Assembly (NCBI GenBank): GCA_964016885.1 | Contig: OZ024741.1 | Coordinates: 222,084,001 to 222,148,000 of the forward strand | Reading direction: 5' to 3' | From: Eledone cirrhosa | Lineage: Eukaryota | Length of the DNA: 64,000 bases | Part shown: one piece after another, positions 11,045 to 23,477 of the stretch | How the letters are laid out: each line of letters begins with the position of its first letter | Position numbering within the stretch: position 1 is the first letter of the stretch | Program-made: the position numbers and the translations under genes | The notes under the pieces: model-generated | Database searches by the model: none | What the model was told of the DNA's origin: nothing | Seen by the model: only the letters and a program-made list of their open reading frames with translations

Positions 11045-14000
11045 TGTGGTATTATGATTGTAGCCTCCTTTTATTTAGTATACACCTTACCATATTTGCT
11101 AATAATATTTGTTTATAATTTCCAAACCATTTAGACAATAATCAAGTGTTAGGTAAAATACTAACTTTCTAACTATTGTGGTAAAATGATTGTATCCTAG
11201 TTGGATTGTTTATCGACATAGACGTGAGGGAAGGTCCCTCGTCTATTTACCATTTTTGTATTTACAATATTCCTCACGTCAGGTCACCACTTTTACAGCA
11301 TGGCATTATAAATGTTATTGAGGCACGAGTAACATAATAATGATATCAACAGCAGAAATTAGAGATGAAATGTATGTTTATTTTTGTTGTAGCACAAATA
11401 ATGTTGGTTAACTTGTATGGTTGAAGTTACACATAAAAATGAGGTTACAAAAGAGAATGTGGCATTGCGCCGGAAAGCCGGCAGGCTCGGGTGCAATATC
11501 TCACCGTCACATGTACGTGTTGCTGGTTCGAAGTTCCTGGTGCGAGAGAGAGATTCTTCAAATCTTCGCGGGTAATTTCTCCCTCAGGACACGTAGGGAT
11601 ACATCCTCTTCTACTGGCGCTGATTGGCTGAGCTGAGCCAAATCACGCACAGAGAATGTATGTGAGGCCGCGGAATGTAGGTCACTACAATACTCCCCTC
11701 CTAAACGGAAGTCGATACAGATTATTGAATCAGCAAGAACAAATGCTGAAAGAGCACATCAGTGAAAAAATAATTGAGCAGAAGGATGCATGCAAGAAAA
11801 AACATGAGGCGCTAAGAGCCGTTGTGTCAAATGACTAGCTGTTTTGTAGTTTATACGTGACCACCAAAGGTCTAACAGAAAACGGATAAAGTCTGACATG
11901 GGCGAAGTTGCTGTTCTTGCATTAAATGTTAATGGTAAGTGTTGTACCAGTAGCTGTGGATGAAGCTATTATGGTAGTTTACCAGTGCTGGCAAGAAGAT
12001 AATGGGTAGGCGAGAAAATGTTGGCCTCCCAGATGTATTGCCGAATGTGCTAGGGAGCCAGGAAAAAATGGCTGGTTGCTTTGAAAAGAAAAAAAAGCAA
12101 GCGGAATCTGTAGGTGGGTTGCAATGTAAATTCCATAATTCGGGTGAATCCACAGAAGTGGTGGAAATGCTGACAAGTCCAGTTCTATTTGTTGTTTTCC
12201 CAGTGAGTCGGGTAAGATAAGATAGAGGTTGTTATGGACGATGAGTGTGCAACGAGATGCGAAACTGTTTGAGTTCAGCTGCAATTAGCATTCTCGTGTT
12301 GCGGTGCCTGTTTGAATCCAGGTGAATTAAGCTCTATGAGTCGCTAGCATGTGACAGCACCTCAACCAGGTGAAAAGGGATCTCGCAGAATAATACGTTT
12401 GAAGAACATATACTAAGAACAACATGTTGGTGTGTGACAAAGAAATGTGTGCATATGCAGGCATGTAAAACAGCAAATAATGTGAATGAACAAAAACCAT
12501 GAGCAAGCAAATAGCAAAAGAGCACAAAACAAGTAAATGCATTTTACAAAGAAATATGTGAATGTAACAAACTGATAATTCAAAGTCAATATAAGGGAGC
12601 AGAGAAATTAATGCTCAATGATAAGTTCAAAGTTTTTCAAAGTCAAATAGTTCACACATCACCAGTGTACAGACTTTCTGACACTAGTTCTATCTGAAAA
12701 CTGAAAAAGAAGTTTGTTAATGCCTCTAGGGGTTAGATGTATATTGTTTTTGAGAGTTTTCGTGGCCATTTTACCGTCCTGCCACCTTGTGTGACATAAG
12801 GTTGTGTTGCTTGTTTGTATTGCAGGAGGCCGTATCGAAAGAAAAAAAAATGTCTCCGGGCTCTAATTTTGAAAATACATGTGAAAGCATAGAAGTAAAC
12901 AATATGATGTGTGGTGGTTGCGTCGGTAAGGTTATGAAGCTGCCATATCACTATTCCCTGTTGTTGGTTAGTGGTTAAACAATGTTGTCGCTGCTGCTGC
13001 TGCTGCTGCTGTTGTTGTTGTTGATTGTAGACAGGACTTGTCGGTAGCCATTTTGAAATTTCCTCGTGGCGAAAAGTTTTTGAAATACTGCTAATTTTTT
13101 TAAAATTTTAAAAGGAATATTTTGTATTTTCGTAAGTTGCGAAAAGGTTGGCAACGTGGTAATAACAGTGAAGTTCAACTGAATAAAAAGGCTGCGTAAA
13201 ATTCTTACGTCGGTCACCAGTGTGGTATTATGATTGTAGCCTCCTTTTATTTAGTATACACCTTACCATATTTGCTAATAATATTTGTTTATAATTTCCA
13301 AATCATTTAGACAATAATCAAGTGTTAGGTAAAATACTAACTTTCTAACTATTGTGGTAAAATGATTGTATCCTAGTTGGATTGTTTATCGACATAGACG
13401 TGAGGGAAGGTCCCTCGTCTATTTACCATTTTTGTATTTACAATATTCCTCACGTCAGGTCACCACTTTTACAGCATGGCATTATAAATGTTATTGAGGC
13501 ACGAGTAACATAATAATGATATCAACAGCAGAAATTAGAGATGAAATGTATGTTTATTTTTGTTGTAGCACAAATAATTGTTTCTTCTTTTGGCACAAGG
13601 CCAGCAATTATCCAGTGCATTACTGGTACTTTATTTTATCGACCCCGTAAGGATGAAAGGCAAAGTCAACCTCGGCGGGATTTGAACTCAGACCGTAAAG
13701 GGACGTAACTATGCTGGAAAGCATGGCGTCCGACCCTCTACCGATACTGCCAATCCATCGCCTTTGTAGCACAAATAATGTTGGTTAACTTGTATGGTTG
13801 AAGTTACACATAAAAATGAGGTTACAAAAGGGAATGTGCCATTGCGCCGGAAAGCCGGCAGGCTAGGGTGCAATATCTCACCGTCACATGTACGTGTTGC
13901 TGGTTCGAAGTTCCTGGTGCGAGAGAGAGATTCTTCAAATCTTCGCGGGTAATTTCTCCCTCAGGACACGTAGGGATACATCCTCTTCTACTGGCGCTGA

Positions 14001-14066
14001 TTGGCTGAGCTGAGCCAAATCATGCACAGAGAATGTATGTGAGGCCGCGGAATGTAGGTCACTACA
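11045..14066 (-). mobile_element. Non-autonomous Gypsy-type LTR retrotransposon with two LTRs (11045-11689, 13221-14066)
   Basis: Near-identical TG..CA LTRs; PBS TGGTGACCGACGT (tRNA-Trp-like); PPT AGGAGGGGAGTA; integrase-tail peptide YVTQGGRTVKWPRKL; TSD GCCT/GGCT. Confidence 0.9.
13579..13763 (-). mobile_element. SINE inserted in one LTR
   Basis: 16-bp TSD TTGTAGCACAAATAAT (13563-13578, 13764-13779); absent from the other LTR. Confidence 0.95.
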
Positions 14067-14299
14067 GGCTATTTACTTTCGTAAGTTTTATAAGCCATAT
14101 TTGTACGTCACTGAGACAGCCAGTGTGAATGCATTTGAATGAGTATGCAGACAGCATAACTATGGTCTGACTGCAGCCGGCAATTGAGATCCTAAAAATA
14201 GAAAAACCCACAGCCAACTGGGTCAAGGACACTTTGAGCGCAGCCAGTTAGAATCTTGACTCTCCTTCACCGTTCCTTTCATCTCAGAAATTCTTTGAA

Positions 14300-15653
14300 C
14301 AGTACTACATCAGAACCCGTTAAAGACCTTGAAACGTATTCTGCTGAGTAACGACTCAATAAGGAGACGCATCGACGAAATGGCGGAAAATGTTGAACAC
14401 AAATTATGTAACATCTTGAAATCGACACAATTTGCTTGCAACTTGATGAAAGCACACTTTCCGGGAATCAGTCTTTACTGCTGGGATACGTGCGATTTTT
14501 CCACGAAAAAGAAATGCACGAGGAGCTTCTCTTCATTCTGAATATAGCCACAGATATTGAAGGTGCCACCATCTTTGAATCTGTCAAGGGATACCTTGAA
14601 GAAAATCGATACCTCTTAACAACATTGTATCATGTTGCAATGGTCGGCCAACATAAGAGTTTCGTCACTCTTCTGAAGAGAGAAAATCCATCTGTATTTG
14701 CTGTTCATTGTGTCATTCATCGACAACACTTGACTGCGAAGAAACTCAGCGAGCCGCTGAGCAAGTCTTTGCAGGTAGCCATTGATGTAATTAATTTTAT
14801 CTAACGCCATGCCCTCAATGAACTAATTTTCCGGCAACCGTGCCAAGATAATGACGAAGAATTCGTCGAGTTGCTCCGTCATACTGAAGTGCGGTGGCTT
14901 TCAAAGAGCAAGTGCCTTACTCGCTTCTTTGAACTGTTCGACTCTATCATTGAGTTTCTTCGAAGACGCAACACAGAACTGTACAAGAAAACCCTCGATG
15001 TGAGGCAAGACTGCACCTACCTCGCCGACATCTTCGACAAATGCAATAGCCTCATTATGGCTTTGCAGGGGAAGAAGATCACCTTGCTTAAAGCAAGGAA
15101 TGCTGTGAAAACATTCCTGGCCAAATCGAATGTCGACGGGAATTCTATAATTTTCCTAGTGTCGCCAATGTTCAAGACATTGTGAGCGATGACCAACTCC
15201 AAATTTATACCGCTCACCTTCGTGCGCTACAAGACAACATGAGAGAACAGTTTGTCGACATTTTGCAGATGGACATCCCAATGTGGATAGCAGATCCCTT
15301 CATAGCTAACGTCGACGATTTGGACGTTAAATTTCAGGAAGAATTCATTGTACTTCAAACTGATGACATGATCAAAATTAGATTTTCCAAAATAGGTTGA
15401 ACCCCTTTTTTGGATGCAAGAGGAAATTCAGCGTCGATTTCCATTCCTACACGCAGAGCCTAAGAGATTTGCTCTGCCTTTTCCAAGCTCCTACTTTGTC
15501 GAGAGGGGGTTTGGCGCTGTTTCCAGACTGCACAGTAAGGCTCGCAACCGCTACAATGTAATTGCACGTGGAGAGCTCCGGCTACATCTTACGAAAATTC
15601 AGCCTGTTGTCAAAGAGTTAGCTAGACTCCATAAAGTTCAAGGGTCCCATTGA
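14300..15653 (+). pseudogene. Frameshifted Buster-type hAT transposase (ZBED5/SCAND3-like family)
   Basis: LSNDSIRRRIDEM, QLDEST, HCVIHRQHL, LRHTEVRWLS, FPSSYFVERGF across several frames. Confidence 0.92.
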
Positions 15654-16323
15654 AATGAGGTCAAAGTTAAAGTTAGTCGATTTATCCGAAAACTTGGATA
15701 TGCTATTGTTACAAAGCAAACTAACAATTTTTTTATGTGTAGTTGCAGTCTGACTGAACTGGAAACCATCTACCATAATTCACTTACTCATTTGTTGTAT
15801 ATATTTTACCATTTACTTATAAATATACCCTCTTACGTGGTCATGAAAACCCTCTTCCGGGGTCTCTAATCTCACAAAGCGGAGGGAACATCAAGTTAGA
15901 TATCAACATTTATTCTGTCCGTTCCATTAAAGGGAAAATTGGAAAGCTTTGAAATGATATAATTGCCACTTTCTTCCAGATAAGAGCACTCTTTGGATAG
16001 ACAGAGTTGCTCTTGTATAAATGTTCAAAATAGTTGGTATCGCCTGGTGGGAATATAACAAATTCAACTGGTCCTTATTCATAAATAAGAACATTTATGT
16101 TCCTTTTTTTGAAATTTATATACTTCCTTTCAAGGAATGTATTTATACTCTCAACTGCCTGCAATGGTATCTTTGGAATATTGTAAATCAATTTTTTTAG
16201 TAATCTACTGATATCAAAATCAGTAGTATATTGCAAAATGGAAAAATAAGGTGGGGGTGAGGGGGCGATTCGTGATTTCGAGGGGCGTTCGGCCGAAATA
16301 GGTTGAGAACCTATGATCTAAGG

Positions 16324-17520
16324 CATTCGATAGGGTCGACCATCAATACTTGGAAGCAGTTCTCAAGGCGTCGGACCCGTCTTCAGAGGCTAGATCGTTG
16401 CCATGCACAGCAACATCTGCACAGCAGTCAAGATGAATGGCTACCTATCGGATCCATTCCAAATCACGCGTTCCATCCGCCAGGGACGCCCTCTTTCCTC
16501 CATTCTGTACATATTGACTCTCGAGCCACTACTGCGGAAGTTGTAGCTATTGCAGGGCATCCCGATGGAATCAGGACTGCGAAAAGCAGCGTCGGCTTAT
16601 AGCGGAACGTGACCGTAATGGTGTTGAAAACCTCGGAAATCGTGGTGATCGGCAACTTATTACAGGAATACGAAACGCTGACGGGAGCAAAACTAAACCC
16701 GGACAAGTCTGTCGGTTTGCAACTCGGCACATGGAGAGGCAAACCGATGCCGTCCGACAGCATCGTTGGACGCTGGACGGAAGGACCGGTGAAATTGCTC
16801 GGGGTCTGGTTCGGTCCAGACCTCATGGTGGAGAAAAACTGGAACGAGGTCATGGCGAAGGTATTTGCGCTCACCCAGAAGTGGGTTGAGTGCAAACTCT
16901 CCTTAAAAGGTCGAGCGGAGGTGGCGAACACTTACATAGCGTCCGTCATCTACTACCGCTTGACGGTCGTGCCTTGTCCCCGTGATCACCTCGCCAAAAT
17001 GGAGCGCCTACTCTTCACGTTCCTTTGGAAGAAACAGGCTCCATTGGTGAAGCGATCCATCTGCTGCCAACACCCTTCTAACGGAGAGCTGGGCATGTCG
17101 TGGCTGATGATGCGCAAACACACGCTGAGGCTACGCCATCTGGCGAACCGGTGTGGTCGTCGTTTATGAGACAAGCTTTTCCGCAACTCATCTCGCTAAC
17201 GGAGCTGAGGTCCTGGGTCAAGCGAAGACCGAAAATGGGTGCCTGGCACTTCAGGCGCTCACAGTCCTCTACCAGGCGGACACGGCAATCAGCGGAGACT
17301 CAACGTTAACGTTCTATAGAGGGTTAATGGAGGATAAGTGCAGCGATGTTCTCAGGGAGACTCTAGGCGTCGAAGAAGACGAACTGGCTAATCTGTTCGG
17401 GAGGACTTTCCGTTCAGGACCTATAGATAACTTTCAGAGGTCTCTGGCCTGGCAGTGCTACCGAGAAGCTCTACCAGTTCGAGAGAAGATCTATAGGCAC
17501 GAACGCCCTGGCAAGGATTC
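16324..17520 (+). mobile_element. L1/Tx1-clade LINE, right part (RT continuation)
   Basis: Resumes AFDRVDH after the TSD; IRQGRPLSSILY, LSLKGRAEVANTYIASVIYY. Confidence 0.9.
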
Positions 17521-17584
17521 TGCCAAAAGGACCTGTCAAGATGTGAGCGACACACACACACATATAAATATATGTATATATATA

Positions 17585-18891
17585 CGAGGGGGGATCAAAA
17601 AGTTCGCGGAATTTTTCAGAAAATATTCTTTTTTTCAAAAAATATGATTTACCATCAATTTCTACATAGTTGCTATCCAGGTCAATACACTTGACAAGGC
17701 GATGCTTCCAGCTTCGTAAGCCGTCTCTAAAGAAAGTTGAAGGCCTTGTTCGAAGCCATGTGTTGGCAGTGTGTTTAGCTTCTTCAACACCACAAAAATG
17801 GGTTCCTTTTAGCATTTCTTTGAGTTTTGGAAAAAGGAAAAAGTCTGATGGGGCTAAATCTGGACTATAAGGCGGGTGAGGAAGCACTTCCCATCGAAAT
17901 TCTCGAAGAACTTCTTTTGCAACCCACGCAGAATGCGCTGGTGCATTGTCATGGTGAAACAAGATCCCACCATGAAGTTTCCCTTTTCGTTTCTTGACTA
18001 AAGCCTCTTTCAGCTTCCTTAAAACATTTGCACAGTAAGCTCCTGTCACAGTTCTTTGACCTTCAAGATAATCTATTAGTATCACCCCATCTGAATCCCA
18101 GAAAATGGTGGCCATCACTTTTTGATCCGACTTTTGAAATTTGAACTTGATTGGCCCCGATGATACACGTGGAAGCCACTGTTTTGACTGCTGTTTGGAT
18201 TCAGCATCATACTGGTAGATCCAGGTTTCATCTCCGGTGATGATTCTGGTCAGGAAATGCTCTTCATCAACTTCAATTTTGTTTAATATCGTCAAAGACA
18301 GATCACTTCGAAGAATCAGCTGATCAGGGCGCAACGCTTTTGGGACCCATCGCGCTGAAAGCTTGCTTAGTCCCAAATTATCGTGCAGAATTGAATTTGC
18401 CGAACCATATGAAATGTCTAGGGACTTAGCTAACTGATTAACTGTTATTCTTCGATCTTCTTCAATTAAAGTCTGAGCAGCCTCAACGTTTTGGTCATTT
18501 TTTTATGTTCCTAGTCTTCCACTGTGATGGTCGTCTTCAAGGTCGTCTCTCCCTTGTTTGAATCGCTGAATCCACTTGTAGACAGCAGTTTTCTTTGGAG
18601 CAGTAGTACCGTAAACTTTAACAAAAGCCTCCGCAATCTGTGTCCCTTTCCATTTGAGTTTCACCAGAAACTTGATATTCGATCTTATCTCAAAATAACT
18701 ATTTTCCATCGTTCCAAAAAGAGTTTTTTTTATAGTGTGTCAGTACTGTACAATAGTCCGCGCATGACTGACTGCAAGTGACTAATAGCAAGGTAAACAC
18801 CCAGTGACAATGTTCTGACATGTTTAATATTGTTTTAACCTATTTTTTTCTTACTACGATAAAATTCCGCGAACTTTTTGATCCCCCCTCG
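17585..18891 (-). mobile_element. Full-length mariner transposon (D,D34D) with one in-frame stop
   Basis: TIRs CGAGGGGGGATCAAAAAGTTCGCGGAATTTT with TA TSDs; ATG 18709, TAA 18503-18505, then WVPK, TGDETW, HHDNAPAH, YSPDLAPSDF. Confidence 0.97.
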
Positions 18892-18896
18892 TATAT

Positions 18897-19345
18897 GTGG
18901 AGAATAGGGCCACGTCCATGTAACTGTTAAGATGTATTCTTTGCAGGATTAATGATAAAAAGAATGAAGAATTGTGATGTTGCCAACGTTTATTTTGTAA
19001 TAATAAAGTTTCTGTAGTAGCGGTCAGTCCATCTCTCTAATTCACTGTCTGTCTGTCAATCGAGTAGGAAATGTGAGAGAATAATAGCTAGAAGACTGTA
19101 TTCGTGAAGAGAATTCATAGTGTTAGTAGAATGGTTCTTCTGTCGTCTGTGTTAGCCACTATCTCTGGTTTGGTTCTCGAAGCGCTTGTATTTATAAGAA
19201 TACTATAGCTAGAAGGATGTGTATGAGGTTTTTGAGACAATAGTGGCAATCTGCCTATCGTCTGTCAAGTGCCTGGGGTGATAGGTCAAGTGGTATATAA
19301 CATTTATCATAGTTGTCTAAGGACAATGGTAAGAACACTTAACAA
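18897..19345 (-). mobile_element. Possible solo LTR
   Basis: TG...ACA-type ends with TATA-like and AATAAA-like signals on the minus strand; no TSD confirmed. Confidence 0.35.
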
Positions 19346-19552
19346 TAGGTGGTTTTAGAGGCGAGAATTTTTAGATTCGATTTCGCATCTCCGCCAGGCA
19401 AAACAGAAGAATTCAGTTACACACACACACACACACATATATTTATATATTTTAAATTTGAGACAGTAAACAGAAAACAAACAAAAACGAGGAAGCGAAG
19501 AGGCAGTACAAATGTTAATATTAGTTTCACGCTTGAGTTTGGGGGGTGGGAG

Positions 19553-19586
<34 letters not shown>

Positions 19587-19968
19587 TGTGTGTGTGTGTC
19601 CACACGTCTGAGAAGCCGAACGAAGCTGGAGGGAAGTCTATCACACCAAAGAAGATTTTAAACCAATCATCTATGAAACATATGTAACAATTGGTATTCA
19701 ATAAAAACATTTTAAAGTGAAACTTCGTTATATCACATTTAATATTTACACCCTGCTATAACATCGAATGCTCAAATTGGTACTGTCTTCAGCAATCAAC
19801 ACACAATGACGGACACACCATCAAATACACACAGATGTCATGTGTCAGATTCAATAAACTAGCGAACGTGGCTTTGTAAACAAGGTAAAATTCATTCGAA
19901 GTGTAAACACCCACTACTAAAACTACAGGATAGTAAATACATATTTACTTTCCCAAACTACTGGATCG

Positions 19969-20001
<33 letters not shown>

Positions 20002-20176
20002 TGTTAAAACTACTGGATCATAAATATATACTTATTGTAAAATAAGCTAATAAATGAGAAGACGAGCCCAACTGGTATCTCACACCACTATATATATGTA
20101 TATACAGTATATACTTCAGTTATGGTAGATAGTCGGGCGGTCTAACTCGTATCGCACTATTATATATACTATAGCT

Positions 20177-20266
20177 ATGGCAGATGGTGACTACATGGAC
20201 GGTCGTAATAAAGACGAGCTTTTGGAAATTCTTCAGAGACCGGAATATGATTTCAGTTGGAATTCG
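20177..20266 (+). CDS. Methylthioribose kinase-like gene, exon 1
   Basis: GCTATGG start; MADGDYMDGRNKDELLEILQRPEYDFSWNS; perfect GTAAGT donor in phase 0 matching exon 2; GC box GGGCGG near 20135; brings the protein to family-typical length (about 392 aa). Confidence 0.75.
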
Positions 20267-20451
20267 GTAAGTGTTGTTAGTGTTTATGTTATGTCTTAAG
20301 CAACGAGCGAGCTCCTTTTGAGAAGATTGATGGTTACACGCACGCACGCACTCGCGGAATGGTACGGAAATAAATAGCAATAGACTCTTTTATAGGAAGA
20401 AGTGATATTCAAATATTTAACCTAGTCGATAATATCTATAAACTGAAAATC

Positions 20452-21225
20452 AATATTTGGCGATATCCAATTTTAGCTGTCTAAATGCCGCTTACTTGCT
20501 GCAGCTGCTGCTTACTTCAATGTATGAGGCTATTCCAACAAATTTACATTCCCCTTTTTTTTAGCCGTTAAAAGAAATATAGATTTATTTGCCACTGGGG
20601 CATAGATTTCTTTATTTGCCCCTTTTTTGTTTGTTTGTTTTTTTGCGATTTATTAGCCTTTTGGAGTCACACACACCCCCGTAGAAAGTGTGCGACCTTT
20701 CTGCCAGGGAGTACAGAGGGGGGGGGGGCTCCCTTCTTCTCTTACCTGTACAAGCCGATATAGAGAGATGGCCCACTTACACGGGCCATTATTGCTACTT
20801 TCACCCGAAAAAGGCACTCGGTCCCAGCCAATTCCATGAAAGATGGGTGAAAGTAGTAATAATGGCTCGTGTAAGTGGACCATCTCTCTATATCGGCTTG
20901 TACAGGTAAGAGAAGAAGGGAGCACCCCCCTCTCTCTGTACTCCCTGGCAGAAAGGTCGCACACTTTCTACGGGGGTGTGTGTGACCCCAAAAGGCTAAT
21001 AAATCGCAAAAAAACAAACAAACAAAAAAGGGGCAAATAAAGAAATCTATGCCCCAGTGGCAAATAAATCGCAAAAAAAAAAAAAAATAAATCTATATTT
21101 CTTTTAACGGCTAAAAAAAAGGGGGGAATGTAAATTTGTTGGAATAGCCTCATACATTGAAGTAAGCAGCAACTGCAGCAAGTAAGCGGCATTTAGACAG
21201 CTAAAATTGGATATCGCCCAATATT
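20452..21225. repeat. Long near-perfect inverted repeat (foldback or MITE-like); arms about 355 and 380 bp, spacer about 38 bp
   Basis: 20452-20806 is the reverse complement of 20845-21225; mirror ORFs in the ORF track. Confidence 0.95.
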
Positions 21226-21615
21226 TAGTGGGACCTAATATTACTGCTTAACCTTTAAACTTAAAACGTTAAATATTATATTTGTCACTATATCAGAACT
21301 AGTGAGCCAGAGTCATCAACATTGACAGAATATTCAGGGTAATGCGGGAAAAGTTTACAGAGTTTAAAGTCCACAGTGTAGTTGAAAAATACTTCATTTT
21401 ATTTTAATCTGTTCCTTTTACTGGTTTATCTTGTCGTACCAGGATTTAAATGAATAATGTAAAGCATAAATTATTAATCTTTTTAATAGCTCTCTAGATA
21501 CATTTTTTTTAAAAAGATATATTCTTCTAATGTTAAAGAAAATGTAAAGGAAGGGGTGAACAACGGAGCCAACACGAGCAAAAGACAGCAACGCCGCGAG
21601 TACTAGGTAACCTCT

Positions 21616-22028
21616 CTAATGATTTTTGAGGCAAGCCAGCACACTTGCAGCGTTGCCTCGGGTGATGGCGAAGCTGATGCGCTGAAACAGCCAAGCACCC
21701 TTGCGAGATTCGCCAGTCACCTCTATTAGGCGAGCCGCCAGTGAGGAAAGGAACCTCGCAGTCAGCGGCCCGACTCCCCCAAACGTCTCGAAAGCCACAG
21801 ACTGAAAAATGTAGCTGGCCGACAGATCAGAGTATTTGAGGGTCTTACTCCGCTCGGCTGCAGAAGCTGTGGCTCTCGTCCTAACATCAGCATCCAGGAT
21901 GTGGGAAAGAGCAAAAGAGTCACTAACAGTGACGTCCCAGACAAGTCACCTGCATCTCGACCAGGGGCACAGGGTAAGACCGTCCGGTCTTTTGCCGTCA
22001 CTTCTGGACAACCCAGATGGTTCCAAGA
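21616..22028 (-). mobile_element. CRE-clade non-LTR retrotransposon, restriction-like endonuclease domain
   Basis: [20 protein letters not shown]...VWDVT...KY...AFETFG...FQRISFAITRGNAASVL. Confidence 0.85.
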
Positions 22029-22145
22029 CTGATATATTTTTAATACATATAAATCCATGTGTACTGTATTCATACATACATAAACATGCACGCACACACC
22101 CCTGTGTGTGCGTGTATATATTTAACGAAGGGTATTAGTAATATT

Positions 22146-22691
22146 TGTTAGAATGGATTAACACGGTTATTAGATGAAATAACAAGAATAAATGATTTAG
22201 TTTATATATAAAAGTTTACTTCACTTGAGTCAAAAAGAAGAATAAACATGAGTCAAAAAGAACAATAATCAAGAGTTGCGAAGGTTGACAATGTTATTTT
22301 GTTGTTGATGTGAAAACAGCGAGCGACCAGATAAAGTTTGTTGGTGGCTGCAGTCCGTGGTAGTAGTTCTCGTTGTGAGTCTGGTTTAGTCTGCGACCAG
22401 GAGAGAGAGAGAGAGAGGATAATGGTCTGTAATTGACTGTAGACCACTGGGGCCTGAAGGTAGCGGTGAATCTTTACATAGCTGGTCTCTATCATAGCTT
22501 GTTGTAGGCGTAATGCTCCGATATCTCTGTTTAAGCATGGGATGATACAGGCTTTATATACCTGTCGCTTTCTGTCTCCCACCTTGAGGGGATAGCCCAC
22601 GCATGAACCTGTTCACACCAAAAGGGCGGTGACCTAGAGTTTGACCTTTATGTGTCATCCAAGGTCCAAGGCGTGGACAGATTTTGCTACA
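22146..22691 (-). mobile_element. Probable solo LTR (A)
   Basis: Minus strand TGTAGC...CTAACA; TATA-like signal near 22555; shares about 145 bp with the next element. Confidence 0.5.
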
Positions 22692-22871
22692 TTAGTTCCC
22701 TACCCAGATCGATGCAGGAGCAGCAATCGATTATAAAAGGGGTAGCGAAATCTGATTCTAGAAATGTGTCCCAAAACACACAAAATGTGGATACTGCGCC
22801 CGCACTTAGAGTGTAGAGAAATTTGGAGAGAGAAAAAAGATATATCGTATAACTGTGTATGCATGTGTGTG

Positions 22872-23444
22872 TGTAACATTTAGAAGAAACTGTAAATATA
22901 TGTATTTCGAACTGTTGTGTATGGATGGCTGAACGTTGGGGTTACGGTATTGGATTACGATATGATAACACAGAGGACTATTTCTCTCGATGTATCATCA
23001 TACGTAAGATTCTCTTCCAGTGAGTCGAGGTTTACGCTATGACACGAGTGTGTGCAATTTTGAGTTGCGTGCTTGAGTGAGTTCAAGCAAGTAGTAACCG
23101 TGGGTTGATTATCATGTGTTTAATAGCTGTTGATGTACCTCGACCCGTTGTATCTCGATGTATTATCATACGTAAGATGCTTTTCCAGTGAGTCGCGGTT
23201 TATGCTATGACATGAATGAGTGCAATTTGGAGTTGCGTGCTTTAGTGAGTCAAAGCGTGTAGTAACCGTGGGTGAGTTTCTCATGTGTTTAAACGTGGGA
23301 TGATACAGGCTTTATATACCTGTCGCTTTCTGTTTCCCACCTTGAGGGGATAGCCCACGCATGAACCTGTTCACACCAAAAGGGCGGTGACCTAGAGTTT
23401 GACCTTTAGGCGTCATCCAAGGTCCAAGGCGTGGACAGATTTCG

Positions 23445-23448
<4 letters not shown>
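22872..23448 (-). mobile_element. Probable solo LTR (B) between (TG)n and (TA)n tracts
   Basis: 23297-23443 nearly identical to 22538-22684; contains an internal imperfect tandem duplication. Confidence 0.5.

Positions 23449-23477
<29 letters not shown>

Larger units (their letters stand above)
10956..16315 (+). mobile_element. hAT (Buster/Charlie-type) DNA transposon, decayed
   Basis: 14-bp TIRs CAAAGGTTCTCAAC / GTTGAGAACCTATG; 8-bp TSD ATCTAAGG with central TA (10948-10955, 16316-16323). Confidence 0.95.

Noticed and set aside
19800-19890. Alternative first coding exon ending at AAG|GTAAAA
   Set aside because: The phase-0 frame has a TAA and both ATG frames stop; at most a 5' UTR exon.
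21296-21338. Small AG...GT-bounded segment (TSEPESSTLTEYS)
   Set aside because: Open only as phase 2-2, incompatible with the phase-0 intron 1.
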